Position numbers and translations under genes: made by a program
Part shown: positions 39,908-50,109 of the stretch, one piece after another
Position numbering within the stretch: the first letter of the stretch is position 1
Layout: each line of letters begins with the position of its first letter
Origin: Cenarchaeum sp.
GTDB taxonomy: Archaea > Thermoproteota > Nitrososphaeria > Nitrososphaerales > Nitrosopumilaceae
Direction of reading: 5' to 3'
DNA: 64,000 bases
NCBI GenBank assembly: GCA_963693095.2
Contig: OY843768.1
Coordinates: 1,376,001-1,440,000, forward strand
The notes under the pieces: model-generated
Seen by the model: only the letters and a program-made list of their open reading frames with translations
What the model was told of the DNA's origin: nothing
The model's database searches: none

Positions 39908-41017
39908 ATGATGTCAAGACAGGCATCAAATAGGACAAAATGGTCATCGAGGGGTACGAAAACGCCGCACGTAAATCGTCTGACAAACCTCAAGGCCACA
40001 CTAGAAAGCGCACACAACAACAAGATGTTTGTGGACACGACATCCGTAAAGACTCCAAAAAAGAAACCCACCCACATAGACCTGTTCTCCGGCGCCGGCG
40101 GAAACATGGAAGGGTTGAGGCAGGCAGGATTTAGCACAATATTGTCAGTGGAAATAGATGATGACGCATCTGACACCATAGAAAGCAATTTCCCCAAGAC
40201 ACACCACATTAGAGGCGATATTACCAAAGTGCCCAATTCCCAAATTAAAAGAAACATAGGTAAGAAAAATATCGATGTGCTTTCTGCTGGATTTCCATGC
40301 CAGGGATTTTCGATTGCCGGATTTCAGGACATAGATGACAAACGCAATATCCTGTATCGAGAAGTGGTAAGATTTGTTCGGTTGGCACAACCAAAGTATA
40401 TCGTGCTTGAAAACGTTCCAGGAATAATAAGCATGAATAACGGGAAATTTGTTGCTGACATAAAAAGATCATTTACAAAAATTGGATATCCAAATATGTC
40501 TGTCCTAATACTCGAGTCAGCCACATATGGCGTACCACAAATAAGACCGCGAGCAATTTTTATGGCAAATAGGCTAGGCAAAAAAAACCCATATCCGCTC
40601 CCCATATTATCTCCAGACAATTACAGGCCAATTGAATCAGCAATTGGAGATCTTGAGAAAAAAAAGAGGGAGAAAGACACCAATCATGAATGGACGGCAC
40701 ACCGACCAGACATGATAAAACGGATAGCGCGCATACCTCCAGGAGGATCACTCTATGAGACTTATGTAGACTGCGCAAAGCGCCAATATGTAGGAGTTCC
40801 CTCAATGACGATAAAAGAAAATCATGGAGGAACTCACATACACTACAAGCTTGATCGCATGATCTCGGCAAGAGAGATGGCAAGATTACAGAGTTTCCCA
40901 GACAGCTTCAAGTTTTCAGGCAGGATGAAACGAGTCATGTGGCAGATTGGGAATGCGGCACCGCCACTTTTGTTTAAGCACATAGGCAAGTCAATAATCA
41001 GTCAAATCAAAACATAG
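39908..41017 (+). CDS. dcm: C5 DNA cytosine methyltransferase (orphan, AT-rich)
   Basis: DLFSGAGG, GFPCQGFS, ENVPG, PQIRPR, REMARLQSFP, QIGNA; true start may be 40025. Confidence 0.96.
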   Translation: MMSRQASNRTKWSSRGTKTPHVNRLTNLKATLESAHNNKMFVDTTSVKTPKKKPTHIDLFSGAGGNMEGLRQAGFSTILSVEIDDDASDTIESNFPKTHHIRGDITKVPNSQIKRNIGKKNIDVLSAGFPCQGFSIAGFQDIDDKRNILYREVVRFVRLAQPKYIVLENVPGIISMNNGKFVADIKRSFTKIGYPNMSVLILESATYGVPQIRPRAIFMANRLGKKNPYPLPILSPDNYRPIESAIGDLEKKKREKDTNHEWTAHRPDMIKRIARIPPGGSLYETYVDCAKRQYVGVPSMTIKENHGGTHIHYKLDRMISAREMARLQSFPDSFKFSGRMKRVMWQIGNAAPPLLFKHIGKSIISQIKT

Positions 41018-41188
41018 AAACAAGCCAGTGCATACCAGAGATCAAAAGATCGCCCGAATCAGCGATTTATTGCCTTTCCCCATGAATTTACATGTGCGCG
41101 ATAGACTCAGTGGAGTCTATACGGCCACGGTGTATGCTCTTGCATGACCAGCATACCTAAATCCATGCCATCGTGGGGCGGCGGCAGG

Positions 41189-42052
41189 ATGAAGGTCGCC
41201 GTCTTTGCAAGCTGCACCGAGGATGAGATCACAGTAGACGGGAGGACGAGCGTGACGCAGGGCGGACCGGGCACATATTGCAGCATCATGGCGCGCCGGA
41301 TGCGCGCCGACGTCGAGCTCCACACAAGAATGCCGCCTAGTGCTAGCGCTCGCGGCGTCCTCGAGGAAGAGGGCATATCGATACACGGCACACCGGCTGC
41401 GAGCATCATGCGCTTTGCGCTTGACGTCCATGGGCGCGAGCGCACGGTTCGCCTCCTTGATGCCGGAGAGCCCATCGAGTACGCAGGCGGACTGGGAGTC
41501 GACGGGGCGATCATAACTCCGGCGTGCGGTGAGATGTCACAAGAGACGTTTGGTGCGATAAAGGCCGACGCGCCGTTTGTGTTCCTGGATCCGCAGGGGT
41601 TTCTCAGGAGAGCCGGTGCGGACGGCGTTATCACACTGGCGCGCACCGAGATGGACCTGCAGGGCGTCTCGGCGATAAAGGTAGACGACGACGAGCTGGC
41701 CGCGCTCACGGGAGGCAAAAGTGTCGGCGCACTAGCCGACGCCGGAGTCGAGCACGTCCTTCACACGTCCGGGCCGGACATATTGATGGTGTCAGGAGGC
41801 CGCGAGTACCGTCTTCGGCTGCCAAACCGCAGCGTAGCGGACACGACCGGAGTCGGCGACATGTTCTCGGCGTCATTTTGCGTCACGATGCTCAAGGAGC
41901 GTGACGCGCTGTGGGCGTTCTGCTTTGCGTGCGGGGCCGCGCACGCCGCACTGGACACGGGCGCAACAGGCACCAAAAAGATCCCCTCGCGGCGCTCAGT
42001 GGAGACTAGCGCGGCGTACTTTTACAACACTGTCGAGTTTTCAAGCGCATAG
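41189..42052 (+). CDS. PfkB family carbohydrate kinase
   Basis: GGPGTY, DPQGFLR, DTTGVGD. Confidence 0.9.
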   Translation: MKVAVFASCTEDEITVDGRTSVTQGGPGTYCSIMARRMRADVELHTRMPPSASARGVLEEEGISIHGTPAASIMRFALDVHGRERTVRLLDAGEPIEYAGGLGVDGAIITPACGEMSQETFGAIKADAPFVFLDPQGFLRRAGADGVITLARTEMDLQGVSAIKVDDDELAALTGGKSVGALADAGVEHVLHTSGPDILMVSGGREYRLRLPNRSVADTTGVGDMFSASFCVTMLKERDALWAFCFACGAAHAALDTGATGTKKIPSRRSVETSAAYFYNTVEFSSA

Positions 42053-42075
42053 GCTGCGTGCGCGCATCGCGGCGA

Positions 42076-42597
42076 TCACGGGGCCTTTTCTCCGGCGTCC
42101 CCGTGCCGCCTTGCCATGAGGAGGCCGCGCGAGCGCATCGCCTTGCGAAAGAGCACAAACCCAAGGGCCGTCGTTATCGCTCCAAAGAGTATGTTGGGGA
42201 GGCTCGACTCGCCTGCAGACGTGGCCATGAGCGTGAACACTAGTCCCATGAGCATCATGAGCACGCCGAGGCCGGCGAACGTGACGAGGACGAGGGGCAG
42301 CTGCTTAGGAGCCTCGCCGAGTGACTTGTCAGGTATCACGCCCTTCTTTACTGCGTCATGGCACACGTCGCAATAGTGGCCCTGCTTTTTGTCGCGCCAT
42401 GCCGACTTTAGGTAATAGAACTCTAGTTCGCACAGGTCGCATGTCTTTTTTGGCAGCGTTATGCGCGCGTTCTTGTCAAAGTCATCCCCCAGGTGCAGCA
42501 TGCACTCCTTGCAATAATAGCCCGGAACGCGCCACATGCGGTGAAACCTGTATTTTTTGAAGCCGAGCGGGCGCCCACAGCCGGCGCATGCGGTCAT
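42076..42597 (-). CDS. zinc-finger membrane protein (four CxxC plus 2 TM)
   Basis: CAGC, CKEC, CDLC, CDVC then two hydrophobic helices; ATGA overlap with dur3 stop. Confidence 0.8.
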   Translation of the reverse strand: MTACAGCGRPLGFKKYRFHRMWRVPGYYCKECMLHLGDDFDKNARITLPKKTCDLCELEFYYLKSAWRDKKQGHYCDVCHDAVKKGVIPDKSLGEAPKQLPLVLVTFAGLGVLMMLMGLVFTLMATSAGESSLPNILFGAITTALGFVLFRKAMRSRGLLMARRHGDAGEKAP

Positions 42598-44624
42598 GCC
42601 GCTTCTGTGTCAGCGGCAGGCTTGCGTCGGCGCGCGACGCTCGCTATGCTGTGCCGCGCCTCGATGAGCGGCAGGCCGATGATAAAGAACGATGCAATTG
42701 ACACCCATGCGACAGCAATGCCGACCCACAGGTGGTAGAACGCAATGTCAAAGACATATCCCGAAAAGAACAGCGGGAGTGGCCATCCGACGATTAGGAC
42801 GAGCGTCATTATGCCGCCGCCCTTTAGGCTAAACTTGAACGCGCGGTTTAGCGAGGCCTCGTCTTGCTCGAGTGATTTCTCGTGTGCGGCGATCTCCTCT
42901 TTTGACATGTCGACGAGCTTTATCTTTTCGCGTATCGATGACCACTCAAAGTCCGTCTTGCGCACGAGGCTCCCGATTATGGCTATTGCGCCTCCCGTGA
43001 GTATGCCCGCAATGTTGCCAAACAGCATCGAATAGTTGTGGCCCAGGCTGTCAAGGGAGACCACGCCGCCATAGTCTGGCAGCGACGAGGCCACGCCCAC
43101 CCATGTCGTGAGCGCCACGGCAAGACCCGCTATGGCACCGGCCGTGGCGGCGTACTTGTTTGTGCGCTTCCAAGTTATCGTCAGGGCTATCGGTATGACC
43201 GCCGAGCCGATCAGGACGCCCATCGCAAGGTAGACGAAGCCCAGGCTCAGGCCCATCCCGAGGAGAATGACGGCCAGGCCGCCCATTCCGATCCCAAATC
43301 CGACTATGGCCGCCCGCGAGACGCGCAATAGCTGCTTGCCTGTGGCGTTGGGGTTCTTGTACGTGCGGTACACGTCATACGTGATGAGCGACGAGACGGC
43401 GATCAGCTCGGCCGAGCCGGCTGACGTGACTGCCATAAAGAGCATCGTGAGAACCATGATCGCGCCGACCTCGCCCATGAGCACAGAGGCTGCCGCCGGC
43501 ACCGTGAGGCCGAGCTGGACCTGCTCGGGCGTGAGGTCGACACCAAGCGCGACGGCAGTGAGCCCCATCGTTGTTGCGAGTGTAAACGGTATTGCAAACC
43601 AGCACAGGCCGCCGAGGAGGAACCCCTTGACAGTCGAGCGCGGCTGCGCGGCGATCGCGCGCTGCCAGTAGGCCTGATCCACAAAGACTGTCCCAAAGTT
43701 TCCGACAATGTTGATTATTCCGAATATGAGACCGCCGACTGAGGCCATCGTGAGGTACATGCCTGCGGCGTTGCCCTCGACGGGGCGAAGCTGTGCGGCC
43801 TCGACTAGCTTGTCGTACATTCCCTCAATGCCGCCAGTGATTGGGCTCACAAAGTACACCGTGCCGACAAATATGAGTATGACGATAAATATGATAATCG
43901 TGTGCATATAGTCGGCGATAAACGTGGCCTTTAGCCCACCGACGAGCGTATAGATCATCACTCCTATAGGAATTAAAAATGCTGCAAGCGATATGTTCAT
44001 GCCAGTGAGGCCGTTGACGACTGCGGCGCCGCCGAGAAGGAGCATTGCGGTGACGATCATGTTGGTCATTAGCGCAAACACGAGAAAGACCCTGTGAGCG
44101 CCGTCGCCAAAGCGCGCGCGTATAATCTCGAGGAAAGTGTGCGCGTTGGGGGCCTTGCGCTTTAGCTCGATTGCGAGTATTCCAAAGAGGAGAACCTGGA
44201 TTGATGCGCCGGCCGCATACCAGAACGGACCGCTAACGCCATACTGGTACGCAACAGTTGATGACTGGAGGAGCGTCGCTGCCCATGTCCATGCCGACAC
44301 GATCGCTGCGGCCGTGAGGCCGGTCTTTATGACGCGGCCTGCCGTGTTGAACCACTCAGAGGTCTGCTTTACGCCGAGGTACTTTTCCTCGACCTTTATC
44401 TCCAGCGATATGACAACTGCAAAGACCGCACCGAGGCCAACTACGATAAACCAGCCGACTGACTCGTCGAGAACCTCGCCGATCTTGAACTCGCCCTCAA
44501 TGACGCCGGCTCCATAGGCTTCGCCGACACCGAGCGCGACGGCCGCAAGGGCGGCAATCGAGATTGTTGCAAGGCGGACCAGTCTTTGCACTGTTATAGG
44601 GACGGCACGCTTGGCTATAAGCAT
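42594..44624 (-). CDS. dur3: urea active transporter Dur3 (sodium:solute symporter family)
   Basis: SAWTWAATLLQSS, GPFWYAAGA, NFGTVFVDQAYWQRAIA, SAELIAVSS; adjacent to urease; true start probably near 44591. Confidence 0.93.
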   Translation of the reverse strand: MLIAKRAVPITVQRLVRLATISIAALAAVALGVGEAYGAGVIEGEFKIGEVLDESVGWFIVVGLGAVFAVVISLEIKVEEKYLGVKQTSEWFNTAGRVIKTGLTAAAIVSAWTWAATLLQSSTVAYQYGVSGPFWYAAGASIQVLLFGILAIELKRKAPNAHTFLEIIRARFGDGAHRVFLVFALMTNMIVTAMLLLGGAAVVNGLTGMNISLAAFLIPIGVMIYTLVGGLKATFIADYMHTIIIFIVILIFVGTVYFVSPITGGIEGMYDKLVEAAQLRPVEGNAAGMYLTMASVGGLIFGIINIVGNFGTVFVDQAYWQRAIAAQPRSTVKGFLLGGLCWFAIPFTLATTMGLTAVALGVDLTPEQVQLGLTVPAAASVLMGEVGAIMVLTMLFMAVTSAGSAELIAVSSLITYDVYRTYKNPNATGKQLLRVSRAAIVGFGIGMGGLAVILLGMGLSLGFVYLAMGVLIGSAVIPIALTITWKRTNKYAATAGAIAGLAVALTTWVGVASSLPDYGGVVSLDSLGHNYSMLFGNIAGILTGGAIAIIGSLVRKTDFEWSSIREKIKLVDMSKEEIAAHEKSLEQDEASLNRAFKFSLKGGGIMTLVLIVGWPLPLFFSGYVFDIAFYHLWVGIAVAWVSIASFFIIGLPLIEARHSIASVARRRKPAADTEAA

Positions 44625-44678
44625 TATAGATATGGTTATAAGGATGATTGGACATATTGGGCCGACGCGCAGCCCACC

Positions 44679-46388
44679 CTAGAACAGGCTATAGAGGCGT
44701 CCGAGCGGCACGCTTCGCGCAGGCTCGGCAGTCGCAATCTGGCCATCGACGCGCACCTTGTACGTCTCGGCGTTGACCTCGATCTTTGGCGTCAACGAGT
44801 TGTGGACCATGTCGGCCTTGCCTATCTTGCGGCAGTTGGAGACTGGAACCATCCTCTTTTTCGTGCCAAGCCTTGACTGGAGGCCAGATTCGTGGGCCTC
44901 AGCGGACACAAAGGCCAGCGACGTGGAGCCCCTCGCGCCGCCGAACGCACCGAACATTGGGCGGTACCTCACCGGCTCGGTGTTGGGTATCGACGCGTTG
45001 GGATCCCCCATGAGCGAATATGCGATGAGCCCGCCCTTTATGACAAGCCTTGGCCGGATGCCAAAGAACTGCGGTGACCACATGACAATGTCGGCAAGCT
45101 TGCCGCGCTCCAGTGAACCCACGTATGAGGAGATGCCATGCGCAATTGCGGGATTGATCGTTATCTTTGCGAGATAGCGCATTATGCGCGCATTGTCGGC
45201 GTTGCCGTCGCCGGCCAGGGGGCCGGTCGCATCCTTCATCTTGGATGCCGTCTGCCAGTTTCGCACCGTCACCTCGCCGACTCTGCCCATGGCCTGGCTG
45301 TCTGAGGACATCATGCTTATTGCGCCAATGTCATGGAGAACGTCTTCGGCTGCAATCGTCTCGCCACGTATGCGCGACTCGGCAAACGCGACATCCTCGA
45401 CCACTGACGGGTTGAGGTGGTGGCAGACCATCATCATGTCAAGGTGTTCGGCGAGCGTGTTTACGGTAAACGGTCGCGTTGGGTTTGTCGAGGACGGCAG
45501 GACATTGGGCTCACCGGCGATCTTTATGATGTCAGGCGCATGGCCCCCGCCTGCCCCCTCCGTGTGGTACGTGTGTATGGTGCGGCCAGCAATGGCAGCT
45601 ATTGTGTCATCGACATAGCCGCACTCGTTTAGCGTGTCCGTGTGGATCGCGACTTGCACGTCTGCCCTGTCCGCAACGCGCAGTGCCGCATCAATGGTAG
45701 CCGGAGTCGTGCCCCAGTCCTCATGGAGCTTTAGGCCGCACGCGCCGGCCCGCACCTGTGCCATGAGCGTCTCCTCGCGCGAGTCGTTGCCCTTTGCGAG
45801 AAACCCGACATTCACTGGGAGCGCATCGGCGGCCTCTAGCATCCTGTGTATGTTCCACTCGCCCGGCGTGCACGTTGTGGCGCACGTCCCGTCAGCCGGT
45901 CCGGTCCCCCCGCCGATCATCGTCGTGGTGCCGGCGCATATTGCGTGCGTGGCCTGCTGCGGCGAGACAAAGTGGATGTGGCTGTCTATAGTGCCCGGCG
46001 TGCAGATCGCATGCTCGCCGGCGATGACCTCCGTGCTAGAGGAGACGACCATGTCAATGCCGTCCATCGTTCCTGGATTGCCCGCGTTTCCGACGCCGGC
46101 GATCAGGCCGTCCTTTATCCCAATGTCTGCCTTTATGATCCCGAGGACGGGATCCATCACGATCGCGTTCGTTATGACGAGGTCAAGGGATCCCTCGCGC
46201 GGCGCGCCGCTTGCCTGGCCCATGCCATCACGCGCGCTCTTGCCGCCCCCAAAGACAATCTCGTCGCCGTGGCGCAGCAGGTCACGCTCGACGCCGGCGA
46301 TGAGCGACGTGTCAGCAAGCCTTATTCTGTCGCCGACTGTCGGCCCATAGAGGTCAACGTACCTGTTGCGCGCAATCTCAAGTGTCAT
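44679..46388 (-). CDS. ureC: urease subunit alpha
   Basis: [43 protein letters not shown]. Confidence 0.99.
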   Translation of the reverse strand: MTLEIARNRYVDLYGPTVGDRIRLADTSLIAGVERDLLRHGDEIVFGGGKSARDGMGQASGAPREGSLDLVITNAIVMDPVLGIIKADIGIKDGLIAGVGNAGNPGTMDGIDMVVSSSTEVIAGEHAICTPGTIDSHIHFVSPQQATHAICAGTTTMIGGGTGPADGTCATTCTPGEWNIHRMLEAADALPVNVGFLAKGNDSREETLMAQVRAGACGLKLHEDWGTTPATIDAALRVADRADVQVAIHTDTLNECGYVDDTIAAIAGRTIHTYHTEGAGGGHAPDIIKIAGEPNVLPSSTNPTRPFTVNTLAEHLDMMMVCHHLNPSVVEDVAFAESRIRGETIAAEDVLHDIGAISMMSSDSQAMGRVGEVTVRNWQTASKMKDATGPLAGDGNADNARIMRYLAKITINPAIAHGISSYVGSLERGKLADIVMWSPQFFGIRPRLVIKGGLIAYSLMGDPNASIPNTEPVRYRPMFGAFGGARGSTSLAFVSAEAHESGLQSRLGTKKRMVPVSNCRKIGKADMVHNSLTPKIEVNAETYKVRVDGQIATAEPARSVPLGRLYSLF

Positions 46389-46752
46389 GTGCCATGCCCC
46401 CAAATCCTGACGCGCTGGCGCGCTGCATTGCCTCCTCGCGCCGCTCCTCAAGGTCGCCGTTGACGAGTCCAGAGAACCCCCAGACGTTGCGCGTGCCCCC
46501 ATACTCGACGAGCTCGACTTCGATCGTCTCACCGGGCTCAAATCGAACCGACGTGCCGGCAGGAATGTTCAGGTGCATGCCGTATGCGTCAGGACGCGCA
46601 AACACGAGTGCCTTGTTTGCCTCAAAAATGTGCGCGTGCGAGCCGACCTGTATGGGGCGATCACCGGAGTTTGTGACGGCCATGCGCGCCGTTCTCCTTG
46701 ACTCGTTGGCAAGTATTGGCCCGTCAGACAGAATGTACTCTCCAGGTATCAT
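46378..46752 (-). CDS. ureB: urease subunit beta
   Basis: [27 protein letters not shown]. Confidence 0.98.
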   Translation of the reverse strand: MIPGEYILSDGPILANESRRTARMAVTNSGDRPIQVGSHAHIFEANKALVFARPDAYGMHLNIPAGTSVRFEPGETIEVELVEYGGTRNVWGFSGLVNGDLEERREEAMQRASASGFGGMAHDT

Positions 46753-46759
46753 GCGCGCA

Positions 46760-47062
46760 TCACACCACCGGATCGTGAACGCTCACGAGCTTTGTGCCGT
46801 CCTCAAACGTGGCCTCCACGTGGACTGACCGTATAAGCTCGGGCACTCCCGGAAGGACGTCATCGCGCGAGAGGACGTGCCTTGCCGAGCTCACCAGCTC
46901 TGGAACGCTCCGGCCATCGCGTGCGCCCTCGAGTATGTGATCCGATATCAGCGCGACGGCCTCGGGGTGGTTGAGGCGCAGTCCGCGCGCCTTGCGGCGC
47001 ATGGCAAGCTGCGCTGCCATGAAGACGTGGAGCTTGTCCTCGTCCCTCGGCGTGAGCATCAT
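46760..47062 (-). CDS. ureA: urease subunit gamma
   Basis: [33 protein letters not shown]. Confidence 0.98.
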   Translation of the reverse strand: MMLTPRDEDKLHVFMAAQLAMRRKARGLRLNHPEAVALISDHILEGARDGRSVPELVSSARHVLSRDDVLPGVPELIRSVHVEATFEDGTKLVSVHDPVV

Positions 47063-47083
47063 GGGCGGCGCGCAGGCGCCAAT

Positions 47084-47095
47084 CTATTTTAATAG
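47084..47095. promoter_or_regulatory. palindromic TATA element between ureA and ureE
   Basis: CTATT-TT-AATAG, the only AT-rich element in the 60-bp divergent spacer. Confidence 0.55.
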
Positions 47096-47122
47096 TTCGG
47101 ACCCGTGCGCAGGCGTGTCGCG

Positions 47123-47590
47123 ATGGTCGAGGAGTGGACGATAGAGCGCAATGCGGGAGCCGACCCACACGACGGTGACGGCGGGCTAGAGAGGCTAGTC
47201 CTCACGCGAACCGAGCTTGCGCGCTCTCGCGTGAGAAGGACGGCGGCGCGCGGGACAGACGTTGCCATATCCCTCAGGGCAGGCTCCCACCTCCACCGTG
47301 GCGACGTTCTTGCGTGCTGCGGCAGACGTGTCCTCGTCGAACAGTCCCCCGAGAGCGTCATTGCGGCAAGGATTCCGGCAGGGGCCGGTGCGGGGGTCCT
47401 GATGGGCCACATTATAGGCAACATGCACCGGCCAATATCGATAGACGGCTCGACTGTGCGCTTTCCGATACAGGCCGACTCGGAGCTCGAGACGTTTGGG
47501 CGCCTCCTCGGCGCAGTCGAAGGCGTGGAGATGGCAGTCGAGGAGACAGTCTTTGAGCCGCACGCGGGGGCAGACACGCATGGGCACTGA
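47123..47590 (+). CDS. ureE: urease accessory protein UreE
   Basis: L.RGDVL, GHIIGNMH.P, C-terminal HAGADTHGH. Confidence 0.92.
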   Translation: MVEEWTIERNAGADPHDGDGGLERLVLTRTELARSRVRRTAARGTDVAISLRAGSHLHRGDVLACCGRRVLVEQSPESVIAARIPAGAGAGVLMGHIIGNMHRPISIDGSTVRFPIQADSELETFGRLLGAVEGVEMAVEETVFEPHAGADTHGH

Positions 47591-48278
47591 GGCGCACATT
47601 GAGGACCTTGCCCTCCTCCAGGTGTCTGACTCGTTCTTTCCGGCAGGCCTCTATGCAACATCAAGCGGGCTAGAGACGTTAGTTGCGCGCGGCGATGTCT
47701 CCGGGCGCGAGGCCCTAGAGGCAGTCGTGCGCCTGCAGATCGCCCAGCAGGTTGGCCCCTCGGACTGTGTGGCCACGATCGAGGCGCACCGCCTCGCCAG
47801 GGCCGGCGGCGCAGAGGCCGTGCGCGAGACTGACATGATGGCCATGGCACTAAAGCCGGCCAGGGAGGCCAGGGAAGCGTCGGCAAGATCCGGCGCGCAG
47901 ACCCTGCGCGCCGCACGCGAGATGTGCGATGACGTCGTGCTTGGGCGCTACTCGGAGATGGTTCGCCTAGCCGAGACGCCGGGGTCATATCCCGTGGCAC
48001 TCGGCGTGTCATGCCTTGCGCTAGGCATTGGTGCGCCAAGGGCCGCGCTCTCGCTCCTCTATGGGTTCTCTGTGAGCGTCGTTGGCGCAGCACTGCGCCT
48101 TGGGATCATAGATCACCTCGAGGGCCAGCGCACGCTCGGGGCGCTGCGACCAGACATTGCGCGTGCCGTGAAGCGCGCGAGTGCGATGCGGACAGGGGAC
48201 ATGTGGCAGTTCACGCCGCACCTTGACATATGCCAGATGGACCACGAGAGGGCCGAGACGAGGATGTTTGCGACATGA
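47580..48278 (+). CDS. ureF: urease accessory protein UreF
   Basis: LQVSDSFFPAG.YATSSGLE, AALRLG, HERAETRMFAT. Confidence 0.94.
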   Translation: MGTEAHIEDLALLQVSDSFFPAGLYATSSGLETLVARGDVSGREALEAVVRLQIAQQVGPSDCVATIEAHRLARAGGAEAVRETDMMAMALKPAREAREASARSGAQTLRAAREMCDDVVLGRYSEMVRLAETPGSYPVALGVSCLALGIGAPRAALSLLYGFSVSVVGAALRLGIIDHLEGQRTLGALRPDIARAVKRASAMRTGDMWQFTPHLDICQMDHERAETRMFAT

Positions 48279-48925
48279 GCGAGACCCGCAGGATTGCGCG
48301 CGTCGGGATTGGCGGGCCGGTCGGCTCGGGCAAGAGCATGCTAATCGAGCGCGTCGTTCCCATCCTGGCGCGCCGTGGATACAGCGTGAGTATCATATCA
48401 AATGACGTCATATCAAAGGAGGATGCCGACCGCATGCGCGAGAACCTCGCCACGAGGCGCGGCCTCTTGCCCGAGAACCTCGTCATTGGGCTCGCCACGG
48501 GCGGCTGCCCGCACACTGCGGTCCGCGAGGACCCCTCGATGAACCTCGCCGTAATCGAGGGCCTAGAGCGCGACCACCCCGGCCTTGACCTGATAATAAT
48601 AGAGAGCGGCGGCGACAACATAACGACGACGTTCAGCCCGATACTTGCGGACTATTTCATATACATTATCGACGTTGCCGGCGGCGACAAGTATCCCAGA
48701 AAGGGCGGACTCGGCATAGAGACATGCGACCTGCTCGTGATCAACAAGGTTGACCTTGCCGCCGGCGTTCACGCCGATCTCGACGTCATGCGCGCAGACG
48801 CCAAAAGGACGAGGGGGTCGAGGCCGTTCATATTCACAAACTGCATGACTGATGAGGGCATAGCCGACGTCGCCGACAGGATAGTCTCTGATGTCCTCTT
48901 TGATGCGCCGCCGGGGGCGCAGTAG
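48275..48925 (+). CDS. ureG: urease accessory GTPase UreG
   Basis: GGPVGSGKS, TGGCPHTAVRED, ESGGDN, NKVD. Confidence 0.97.
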   Translation: MSETRRIARVGIGGPVGSGKSMLIERVVPILARRGYSVSIISNDVISKEDADRMRENLATRRGLLPENLVIGLATGGCPHTAVREDPSMNLAVIEGLERDHPGLDLIIIESGGDNITTTFSPILADYFIYIIDVAGGDKYPRKGGLGIETCDLLVINKVDLAAGVHADLDVMRADAKRTRGSRPFIFTNCMTDEGIADVADRIVSDVLFDAPPGAQ

Positions 48926-48926
48926 C

Positions 48927-49760
48927 GTGGGGCACACCGCAGCATGCGCGGGCCTCCTCGCCGTCTCCCTTGAGCGCCGGCACGGGGGGCGGACCGTCAT
49001 TGCCTCGCAGGAGAGCCGCGCGCCGCTCCTCTCGCAGCGCGCAGTCTATGCCGATGCGCAGTTTGGCGGGCTCGCAAGCGTGTGCATGATGTCATCATCT
49101 GGCGGCATCGTGCAGGGAGATGCGCACACGACTCGAATAGCGCTGGGGGCCGGTGCGCAGGCCCGCATCACGGCCCAGGGGGCGACTCGCGTCTATGGCA
49201 TGGACTCGGGCAGCGCGACGCACAGCGTGGGCGTGAGCGTCGGCGAGGGAGCATACCTCGAGATGCTGCCCGGCCAGCTCATCCCGTATGCGCACTCGCG
49301 CTATGCGCAGTCCACCGAGTGCGTCATCGACGACTCGGCGACTGTCATCTGCTCGGAGATAGTCACGCCGGGGCGCGTTGCCATGGGCGAGTCGTTCATG
49401 TATGACACGTGCCACCTGTCCATGGCAGTGCGCAGCCAGGACGGCCGCCTCCGCCTAGCTGATGCGGCGCGCCTCGAGCCGCGCGAGGGCGACATTGCCA
49501 GGGTCGGCGCGCTAGGCGACAAGACCGTGGCAGGCAGCGCATACATACTCGCAGCCGAACCGCTCGCCGCAGAGATGTGCGAGTCCATAGCCGGCATGCG
49601 CATCGCAGAAGGCGTCTCGTGCGGCGCGAGTCCCATCCATGGTGGCGACGGCCTCACCGTGCGTATGCTCGCAGACAGGCCCGAAGACATTGCGCGCACG
49701 ATACGCGACATTGCATCCACGCTTCGCCGTCTTGCGCTATGCGAACCGACTAGCCCATGA
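48927..49760 (+). CDS. ureD: urease accessory protein UreD
   Basis: SGGIVQGD, TAQGATRVY, EIVTPGR.AMGE.F. Confidence 0.93.
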   Translation: MGHTAACAGLLAVSLERRHGGRTVIASQESRAPLLSQRAVYADAQFGGLASVCMMSSSGGIVQGDAHTTRIALGAGAQARITAQGATRVYGMDSGSATHSVGVSVGEGAYLEMLPGQLIPYAHSRYAQSTECVIDDSATVICSEIVTPGRVAMGESFMYDTCHLSMAVRSQDGRLRLADAARLEPREGDIARVGALGDKTVAGSAYILAAEPLAAEMCESIAGMRIAEGVSCGASPIHGGDGLTVRMLADRPEDIARTIRDIASTLRRLALCEPTSP

Positions 49761-50109
49761 CGATGCGGTCACCAGAGACTGACATGACAGAGCCTCCGGC
49801 GTTGCGGACCGCGCGCTTTAGCGCCCTGTCCATCGTCGCGACGATCCCGCCGTTGCGGCGCACGTGCCCGACTATTGCCGCATCCGCATATTGATCCCCT
49901 CCGAGGTCGACTGTCCTGCGCGAGGCCATTGCCTCAAGTGCGCGTGCTGCGCCGTGGCTCGAGTCACGCAGCCGGCGCAGCTCGGCGACTACGGCGTCGG
50001 GGACGACAAATGAGACATCGCCGATCTCCTCGGTGAGCGAGTCGATGTTGAGTATGCGCACGCTGTGGATGTGGACCAAAAAGCTCGTGTCGCAGAGAAC
50101 GTCAGCCAA
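49750..50109 (-). CDS. PIN-domain protein (Fcf1/Utp24-like)
   Basis: CDTSFL, VVAEL, AD.AI, VATMDRALK; overlaps aIF2-gamma stop. Confidence 0.88.
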   Translation of the reverse strand: MADVLCDTSFLVHIHSVRILNIDSLTEEIGDVSFVVPDAVVAELRRLRDSSHGAARALEAMASRRTVDLGGDQYADAAIVGHVRRNGGIVATMDRALKRAVRNAGGSVMSVSGDRIVMG

